64,000 nt of DNA from NCBI GenBank assembly GCA_027459745.1, contig DAIDHL010000005.1, positions 646 through 64,645 of the forward strand, given 5' to 3'. Below the pieces are notes generated by a model. That model ran no database searches. It was given only the letters and a program-made list of their open reading frames with translations, and was not told the DNA's origin. How positions within the stretch are numbered: the stretch's first letter is position 1; every line of letters begins with the position of its first letter. Positions 53,173 through 61,600 of the stretch are shown here, piece by piece. Made by a program: the position numbers and the translations under genes. The DNA is from Candidatus Levyibacteriota bacterium (GTDB lineage: Bacteria > Patescibacteriota > Microgenomatia > Levybacterales > UBA12049).

Positions 53173-56100
53173 CTACGGTGTTCCGGTCAGCGGAGCGAAC
53201 ATCATCGCGGCATTGTTGCTATACAACATTTTTACTTGGGTCTGCGTTAGTGCGTAATTATATAGTCTTACATCATCAATTTGACCTTTAAAATAATTCC
53301 CATCTTGTCTCGCTCCGATACGCAAGCCGGCAGCATAATTGGCAAGCGTTTTGGTCATAGTTGCTGTACCAATAGATACGCCATTAACATACATAACTGC
53401 TGCTGTACCAGCTTGAGTTATTACAACATGTGACCAAGTATTTAGAGGCAAACTATAATTTACTGACATGAGTGAGGCGCCGGTGTTACTTACTACCCAG
53501 ACGATTTGTTGCGTGCCACTGTTGTTGTACATTTCCAACACATAACCAGTTGTATTACCAGCATCATCGCGTTTATCGATGAGTCCATATACATTTCCAC
53601 TTGTTGGGTAGGAGCTAGGTTTTACCCAAAATGAGAGCGAAATATTGGAAGGCGTAAGCGCTGTATTGTCGGGTATGTTGGCATAATCATCGGTACCATC
53701 AAAGTTGAGGCTGGAATTGAATTTGCCATTCACTCCATTGTACCAAGCAGATGTAGATAATCCATCATTGCACGTCCCGGGAGATGTTTGTGAACCACTC
53801 GCACCAATAGTCAATGTTCCGTTGTATCCATTACCTGAGCTATCCCCAAGCAGATTTCCCTGACAGTCATCAAATTTCCACCAAGCCAACGGCGCTCCAC
53901 GATTATAATCCCAAAGGATTTGGGCAGCGCTTCGAGCATAACCATAAATTTTAAAACCTGAAATATAACCCTGTAAATAACCTCCACCTGTTTCTGCATC
54001 CGGCGCTCCTAAGAGAATGCCTTCTGTAACACTGGGTAATACTCCACTCAGTGAACCAGTTCCATCAGCATTCCCATCAACATATGTTCTAACCGTTGTG
54101 CCATCCCATGCACCAACTATAAAATGCCAATGATTATCGTTTATAGTACGAGATGTTACTGAACTTGCAGCTGATCCGCCGGAATTAAATGGAGTAAAAC
54201 GCAAAGTTCCATTCTGAGCTAGCAAAAATTGCCATACTCTAGTAGATGTTGTTGACATGTCTCTATTAACGATTTGATTTCCATAGCTGGTACCTGGCAC
54301 TTGAGATGTTTTTATCCAACCTTCGATAGTAACATAACTCATAGTGGGTAAACTTGATATGCCTACATAATTATTTGAACCATTAAGATAGGATAATTCT
54401 TGCTCAAGTCCATTAGGTCCTTTCGTAAAAAACCATTGATTTCCCAGAGTTCCATTCCAGGTACCATTATTTCCATTACCACTTGTATCATTAACTGTAA
54501 TCCCTTGTCCTTCTTGAAAATTCCACTCTCCCACTGGCGCAGCACACGAAGATGTATCACCTGGGACACAATATAGTTGATTTTGCGCTTGCGGCTGGTA
54601 GGTAGAAGAAGTACCCAAGACGCCGGCGGTAACACTCGAGCCTTGGTTGTAATAATCAGACTTAATTTGCCCTGCTGTGAGAGAATAGTTATACACTCTG
54701 ACTTCATCAATCGATCCATCCCAGATAAAATTACCGCTATTGGTGAAATTTCCAATATACGTTTCCGTAATTGGATTACTTAAGAATGTTCCATTCCAAG
54801 AAGATGTTGCACTCAGCGCACCATTGACATACAGAGACAATGTGCTGGTAGAGCTATTTGCAACCGCCGTGAGGTAATACCATTTCCCAATCGTCGGAGT
54901 AAAGTTAGCTTCTACCTCTGTCCAGATATTACCACTTTGGTCTATACCTGTGCGGAATTTATTACTAGTATCTCTTTCAATATTTAAGATTGATCCTATG
55001 GAATTATTCTCTGCATAGATCGCATTTTCTGTCCCGTCGTTATCATTAGACTTGACCCAGGCGCTAATCGTAAAGTTACTGGTATTCGCAACGATAGAAC
55101 CATTATAAGGAACGGCATACTGACTACTGCCATTCAGACTGAGTGCTTTCCCATTCACCGCGTCATTGGTCCACACCGGAGTACCGACAAGTGATGCATC
55201 ATAGGTACTTCCACCACTCCCACTATTGTGAGCAGTCGTGCCATAACCTTCATTAAATTTCCAATAACCTACTGGCCCAGCCCGGCTCCCAGCATCTACC
55301 AAATTGGTATCTCCTTCATTCATACCCTGCAAGACCTGAGTTTGAGAAATAGGATAATTATATATTTTTACTTCATCCATACTCCCGATGAAATGATTAT
55401 TCCCGTTCACATCAGTTCCCATATAAAGTGGCACACCTTGATTTAACAAAAAACTACCGGCTGAAGAGAGATCAGCTGTTGCTGGATAGTTTATTCCATT
55501 GACATACAGACTGATTGATGAACTTGCAGCGTTCCATACCATTGTAATGTATTGCCATTTTCCACCCGTCATAGTTGTATTTGTATGCACATTTAACTTT
55601 CCACCACTTGTATACACAGCCGCACACAAACTTTGCCCGGTTGCACCACTATATGCATTTCCACATTCTGAGATTACCCAACCATAACCTGTTGAGCTGT
55701 TTTGTGCAGCAAATATTTTTTGGGATACATTACCAGTTGGAGGTAATATCCAAGCAGACAGAGAAAAACTACCTGCGTTAAATGATGTACTGGTAGAGTT
55801 AGGAATGGAAATATTAGTAGTTCCGGGGAAAACACCTACTTCACTGTCAAACGCACCATACTTGCTAAAGGAATAATTTGAACTGGACCAAGTTCCATTA
55901 TTTCCATAACCTGATAAATCTTTTAATGTGTTTCCACTTCCTTCCTCAAAGTTATAGTATGCCACAGGCCCGGGCGTGTAACTATATAAATTCTGTACAT
56001 CTGTACTAGATAAAACACGGTTATAAACACGCATTTCATCAATCGATCCATTAAAAACTGCTCCTGCCCCATATGTGGCACCAATTTCGATGTTATAACT

Positions 56101-58644
56101 TGTAGTTATCGATGAAGTCAAACTATCATGTATAACAGTCATTGCTAATAATTTATTATCCAGGTATATTTTCATTCCAGCGGCTTTGCTAGATCCATCA
56201 TATGTCTCTACAATATGATGCCATTTACCATCATTCACAGTCACCGTACTTTGCTCGGAAATGAGGTTCGTGGTAGCATAATTGCTCGTCAAGCCCACTA
56301 TAATATAACCCGAGCTAGTTAATTGCAAATCCCATCCTTGATAAGCTGGCCCTCCTCCAGCTTTGGCAATAATAACAGGATTGGTAGAGACATTACTCGT
56401 CTTAATCCAATTACTTATAGAAAAAGTGTTCGTTCGGTCAAAGTTCATGCTACTGACATTGCCAGCATTTATATATTGAGTCGTCCCATTAAATGTTCCT
56501 GCATCTCCATATACACCACCTACAGTGGGTGTGCTACTATAACCCACGCCTGTCGCATTATTGCCATTCCCACTTGAATCAGTTACTTCACCAGAAACAT
56601 TATTATATGAGGCCTCATCCATTTTATAGTATGCTAACAAACCATTACTTAAAGTATAATTAGTTGACACGCCTAAAACTTCGCTTCCACTAATCGTAGT
56701 TCCACGACTGTTATAATCAGCCAGCACTTGTCCCAAAGATCTTGCATATCTATAATATTTCACCTCATCAATATATCCCTGAAAGTACTGTACATTGCCC
56801 ATTGCATACCCAATGTACGCACCCCCCAGAACTGTAGTTAAAGTGGTCGAAATACTTCCCGCATTCACGCCATTGATATACGCAGTTAAGACAGAACCTG
56901 TATATGTTAATTCAACGTGATTCCAATAATTTAAATTTAATTTTGAATTAGTAGTTAAAATATCATTACCATATCTGCCAATTTTAAGAGATCCATCCCC
57001 AGCCGCGCCATTTTCAGCAATAATCAGAGCATTATTGGTACCACTGGTTCCATAGGCAAAAGGAGTACCATAATTACCGGAAGCAAAAACAGTTGGTTTT
57101 ACCCATAGAGAAACAGAAAATGGATTGGCACCGGAAGCAAATTTACTGTCAGAAGCCGTAACGGCACTGCTGGCTCCATCAAAATACAAACATTTTCCGC
57201 TTATACATTGACTCTCTTGCTGCCAGGTAGGCTTTGTGGTACCGGATAACGTGGCATTATTTTTATTCGATGTGCTGTCATATGCTGTAACACCTTGCCC
57301 ATCATCAAATTTCCAATACGACACCGGTGCAGTACCCACCTCTTCTGATTGGAGAGAGTAGGTTATGTTATCGCCCGCTGTTTGAATAGCATAAGTATTT
57401 TTATAATCTAAGGCTACTTGTTGAGGGGTACGAACGTTATTATAAACGTGTACATCGTCTATCTGACCATTAAATAAACTGTCACCCGTCCATGAATTAT
57501 AACCGCTAATTTGCACAGGACCAGTGGTTAGTACACTACCACTAAGTGTATTAAACTGTGTAGTTGTAGATTGAGCTACGCCATCAATATATATAGAGAT
57601 TCCAGATGGAGAAGAGTTACCATTATATGTCGCAACTACATAATGCCAACTACCATTATTGACAGTTCCGGTTGTGTTGACTGATAGCTCATTTGAACTA
57701 TATGTATTAGTTAAATTAAGATTAACAGTACCCGATGTTGTTACTAAAAAAAAGATTCCCGGCCAAACGTTATTGGTTGTAAGAGCCTTGGAGTAAATAA
57801 TTTGCTGAGCGCTTGATGAGGTTTTAATCCAAGCTGTCAAACTAAAAGTATTGGTCTTGTCAAAAGCTAGAGTACTAACATTACCCATAGAAAGATATGC
57901 ATTGGTCCCATTGAATGTAGCATCTGAGCTATAAACTCCTGTTCCCCAGCTAGTTGTCCCACTCCAAGAACCATTATCAGCATATGCTGTAGAATCAATT
58001 GCTGATGTACCACTACCGTCATTCAATGTCCAATATCCCAGTAACCCGACTACATTATCAAAACCTTGAGTGGTTGAACCGGCTTTGGCGCTGGGGTTTC
58101 CGTAATACATATAAATATTATTAGTACCCGCTTGGAGACTATCGATCATTACCCAAACTTTGGTCGATGTTGTATTACAGCCCGAGTCAATATAATAACT
58201 TAAATTCTTCCCGCCTTCATTCGTAAAGCGTAGATCCTGACAATTGCTTTGCAATTTACCGGCAGAAATAAGTGTAGAAGTATTAAGTGCAAATGATTTC
58301 TGTATATTACTAACCGTAGCTCCTGTTGAATTGGTCACAATAATTCCTTCGCGATATGACCAATTGTTATCAAACCAAGCAGCTTGCACTGGTTTGATAT
58401 TTAACATTACCGTTATAAAACCTATCATCGAGAACAGAAAAAGAGAACCAATTATCAAGTATGAGTATTTGGTATGTGGTATTTTGTATTTGGTACGCAA
58501 CCCTTTCGTCATTGCAAGGAATCCCGATTTATCGGGAGACCGAAGCAATCTAGTCAATGATCTATTCTTTCTAGATTGCTTTACTAATGTTCGCAATGAC
58601 AGATTTATTTTAATTTTTAATAAATTCTTAAATCTTAATTTCAT
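53173..58644 (-). CDS. Large surface protein with DUF2341-like domain and seven LamG/ConA-like domains
   Basis: TM/signal segment, AWFDNNWSYR..CQDLRFT..YMYYGNP, then seven (Y/W)WKFDE-G...W.H...G.IDEVR.YN units. Confidence 0.9.
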   Translation of the reverse strand: MKLRFKNLLKIKINLSLRTLVKQSRKNRSLTRLLRSPDKSGFLAMTKGLRTKYKIPHTKYSYLIIGSLFLFSMIGFITVMLNIKPVQAAWFDNNWSYREGIIVTNSTGATVSNIQKSFALNTSTLISAGKLQSNCQDLRFTNEGGKNLSYYIDSGCNTTSTKVWVMIDSLQAGTNNIYMYYGNPSAKAGSTTQGFDNVVGLLGYWTLNDGSGTSAIDSTAYADNGSWSGTTSWGTGVYSSDATFNGTNAYLSMGNVSTLAFDKTNTFSLTAWIKTSSSAQQIIYSKALTTNNVWPGIFFLVTTSGTVNLNLTNTYSSNELSVNTTGTVNNGSWHYVVATYNGNSSPSGISIYIDGVAQSTTTQFNTLSGSVLTTGPVQISGYNSWTGDSLFNGQIDDVHVYNNVRTPQQVALDYKNTYAIQTAGDNITYSLQSEEVGTAPVSYWKFDDGQGVTAYDSTSNKNNATLSGTTKPTWQQESQCISGKCLYFDGASSAVTASDSKFASGANPFSVSLWVKPTVFASGNYGTPFAYGTSGTNNALIIAENGAAGDGSLKIGRYGNDILTTNSKLNLNYWNHVELTYTGSVLTAYINGVNAGSISTTLTTVLGGAYIGYAMGNVQYFQGYIDEVKYYRYARSLGQVLADYNSRGTTISGSEVLGVSTNYTLSNGLLAYYKMDEASYNNVSGEVTDSSGNGNNATGVGYSSTPTVGGVYGDAGTFNGTTQYINAGNVSSMNFDRTNTFSISNWIKTSNVSTNPVIIAKAGGGPAYQGWDLQLTSSGYIIVGLTSNYATTNLISEQSTVTVNDGKWHHIVETYDGSSKAAGMKIYLDNKLLAMTVIHDSLTSSITTSYNIEIGATYGAGAVFNGSIDEMRVYNRVLSSTDVQNLYSYTPGPVAYYNFEEGSGNTLKDLSGYGNNGTWSSSNYSFSKYGAFDSEVGVFPGTTNISIPNSTSTSFNAGSFSLSAWILPPTGNVSQKIFAAQNSSTGYGWVISECGNAYSGATGQSLCAAVYTSGGKLNVHTNTTMTGGKWQYITMVWNAASSSISLYVNGINYPATADLSSAGSFLLNQGVPLYMGTDVNGNNHFIGSMDEVKIYNYPISQTQVLQGMNEGDTNLVDAGSRAGPVGYWKFNEGYGTTAHNSGSGGSTYDASLVGTPVWTNDAVNGKALSLNGSSQYAVPYNGSIVANTSNFTISAWVKSNDNDGTENAIYAENNSIGSILNIERDTSNKFRTGIDQSGNIWTEVEANFTPTIGKWYYLTAVANSSTSTLSLYVNGALSATSSWNGTFLSNPITETYIGNFTNSGNFIWDGSIDEVRVYNYSLTAGQIKSDYYNQGSSVTAGVLGTSSTYQPQAQNQLYCVPGDTSSCAAPVGEWNFQEGQGITVNDTSGNGNNGTWNGTLGNQWFFTKGPNGLEQELSYLNGSNNYVGISSLPTMSYVTIEGWIKTSQVPGTSYGNQIVNRDMSTTSTRVWQFLLAQNGTLRFTPFNSGGSAASSVTSRTINDNHWHFIVGAWDGTTVRTYVDGNADGTGSLSGVLPSVTEGILLGAPDAETGGGYLQGYISGFKIYGYARSAAQILWDYNRGAPLAWWKFDDCQGNLLGDSSGNGYNGTLTIGASGSQTSPGTCNDGLSTSAWYNGVNGKFNSSLNFDGTDDYANIPDNTALTPSNISLSFWVKPSSYPTSGNVYGLIDKRDDAGNTTGYVLEMYNNSGTQQIVWVVSNTGASLMSVNYSLPLNTWSHVVITQAGTAAVMYVNGVSIGTATMTKTLANYAAGLRIGARQDGNYFKGQIDDVRLYNYALTQTQVKMLYSNNAAMMFAPLTGTP
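58465..58495. repeat. Heptamer tandem repeat inside the CDS
   Basis: GTATTTG GTATGTG GTATTTT GTATTTG GTA, encoding TKYKIPHTKY on the minus strand. Confidence 0.7.
58508..58600. repeat. 93-bp palindromic element (RPE/REP-like) in frame within the LamG gene
   Basis: Terminal GTCATTGC/GCAATGAC; inner AAGCAATCTAG/CTAGATTGCTT; TCCCGAT-TT-ATCGGGA hairpin. Confidence 0.8.
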
Positions 58645-58685
58645 AATTCTTTATTTATAAGTCCCAATTAAATCGTATCCACCCC

Positions 58686-61600
58686 CTAGTTAATGATCCA
58701 CCAGTTAAAGACAACCGGCGTATTCTTTGGCGTGTCCATATCAACGGTAAATGATGTTTTGGCTGACTTCTTAGTTACATATAACGCTCCTGATCCCTTG
58801 GTTTGTGAAGTCACAAAAATAAGCGAAGTTGATGAAACAATATTGGTAGGAATCGTTACACTAGTCAGACCTGCAGAAATTGTCGCCACTCCCACACTTG
58901 GATTCAAAGCATCAGGTGTAATATTTACCTTGCTGGCAGTTAATGTTCCCTGCAAGCTTACATCTCCCGTCGTACTAATTATTACACTGCTACCTTCCAA
59001 TTGAATGTCAGCTAAAGCTTCTGACTGTAATTGCAAAGGCTGACCAAGACTATCAATCTTGCCATTTAATCCATCGATTGTAATCAAGCCGTCAGTAATT
59101 ATTCCAGTCACTCCTACATCATTAAGAGTAGTTCTCCCACCCACCATCAGATCACCAGAAATTGTGGCTGTCTTGATATCCAGTTGGTCCGAGCTAGCAA
59201 AATTAGCTGAACCGGTGGCAAATAATTGATTTGGTAATGCGCTCATGGTAGCATTTTCCAAAGCTGATAATCGAGCAGACAGTGAGGCAATCAAGGCTGC
59301 GTGGTCATCAAGTGTGGCATGGATGGCAGTATTATCTGTTTGCAAACCAGCGACTTGTTGCTCTAAGGTTGGCGTACCCGTGGTACCAGAATTAGGCGTG
59401 GTGGTCGAAACATTTCCACTACTGGTTATATATACGGTTGGATCATACCAAGACACATTTGAATAGACGAGAATTGTCCCTACATCATTGGGGTTAGAAT
59501 CGCTATAAATAGCTAATGCTCGACCGATAATTACTCCTGCAGCAGTTGCTTTGACTGCCACTCCGGGAGTAGATGAGGATGTCAAAGGATCACCAACATT
59601 AATTGTTCCATTTGCACTACTCACATTCACGGGAACTCTTCCAACCAAAGCGACTGGATATAAATTTGGATGAGTAGAATCAGTCTTGGCTTCTGAGTTA
59701 ACAGTTACACCAGGACTACTGGAAATTATTCCCAGTAACCCAGTTTGATTTTGAGAAGTGGCCTTTACAATAGCATTGGAATTACCGTCATTTGCCATAA
59801 CTACCACATCGCCAGGAATAAGTGTTTGAGAAGAAATATAATTTTCCGCTACGTCTGCTCCAGTAATTGTCGTCGAAGTAGCATAAATAGTTCCTGCTGT
59901 ACTTCCGGAACACGCGGTAGACATCGTTGCCTTCACACAAAGAGACGCGACGATACGTGTATTACCGCTATTATCAATTCTAAAGAGAGGCGTCCCAGAT
60001 GAACTGGCAGTAAATATATCTGCTGATTCTGTTTGATTGAGCGTTAAGAGAGCCTTGCCAAATACTTGACTGTTTGTCATATAGGCTTGACCAAACAAGT
60101 TTGGCGCGATTGGCGGATTTTGCGCCCCCAAGACAAATTGTCCGGAAACAGTGGCCGCCCCTGTAGTCATAAATGATTCAGCATCCGCTACCACCATACC
60201 CTTGTTGTATGGGTCTAGAATCAAATTACTCGAATTGAACGGTTCACCCGGACGAATATAAATATTGGAAGAAGACTTAATAAATGAATTCATCGGATTG
60301 GTCAAATTAATATCATATGCCACAGATAAATCACCCGGTGTAGTCACTTGTAATGGTTCACTGGCAATGACCTGATTTTGTGTCACAGCAAACACACTGG
60401 TGCCGGCATTTTGTACATTGAAGATATTAGTTAGAGTTCCATTAGAACCCACATTCAAATCCAATAAATCACCCGTGGCAGTAGTAGCAACCGTGGGGTT
60501 CCATGCGAGACTTGACAAGCCACCCGTAAAGGCTGAGTTACCGGTATAGCTAAGATTTAACAAACTGCCTGAAGTCAAAGCATTTGAATTGGAAACCAAT
60601 GAAAGTTCATTGCCGGTAGTTAATAAATTGGCACTAAGAGTAGCCACGTTGCCGGTGGTTTCGGAACTGGTTTGAATTAAATCACCATTATATACGTTGA
60701 ATGCGAATTTGGCAGAAGAGGTTGCGCTACCGCCAAATAACACATCTTGCGTTAAATTACCTTCGGTTATCAAAGCACCAGTCGAATTAAATGGACTACT
60801 GCCTCCTCCACCACCACCCGGACAACTGGCACTACCTGTGACAATACCATTTACAGTGGTGACACAAGCCGCACTGGCAATCGTCGCCCCGGCATTACCA
60901 TTCATCGTCAAACTCCCTGTGGACAAAGCCAAAACTCCTGTCCCATTGCCAGCCTTCAAGGTCAGATTGCCAGTCGTCGCATTCCCGATATTCAAACCCT
61001 GGTTGGCAGTGGTAGCCAAAGTACCATCGGCAGTAATATATAATCCACCAGCTACTCCGGCCGAAATACTTGCAACTGGTGTTCCTGAATTCACATTTAT
61101 GAAAGCAAATTTAGCTGAGGGAGTAGAAACTCCTCCAAGCAGTAAATCTTGTGTGGTAATAGCCTCGCTTATTGTCCCTCCGATAGAGTTTAAAATATTT
61201 GCTCCACCGCCACTTGGACAAGCACCACTTCCGGTAACAATACCACCTACTGTCGTGACACAACCGGCACTTGCAATCGTCTGTCCTACACTACCACCAG
61301 CATAAAAAGTATTGGCAAAAATGTTCCTAAAAGCTATTGCACTCGTACCCAAATCTGTAACGTTATTACTGTTTGGACCTACATACCCACCAGCTATATT
61401 ATTTAAAGGTGCTAATAAAATATTTCCAGTTGTAGCAGAACCAAGCGTCAAGCTATGATCGTTGGTCGTAGCCAAAACTCCCAACCCAGTCAGATAGGCT
61501 GCATTATTTCCACTAGCCGCAGAGATACTGGCAGTAGGAGTTCCCGAATTAATATTTATAAATGCAAAATCTGCCGAAGCTGTTGAAGTTCCACCCAACA

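Noticed and set aside
53097-53291. 64-aa ORF after epsilon as a possible missing Fo subunit
   Set aside because: No TM hairpin or subunit a/c motifs; it overlaps the repeats and the 3' end of the LamG gene on the opposite strand
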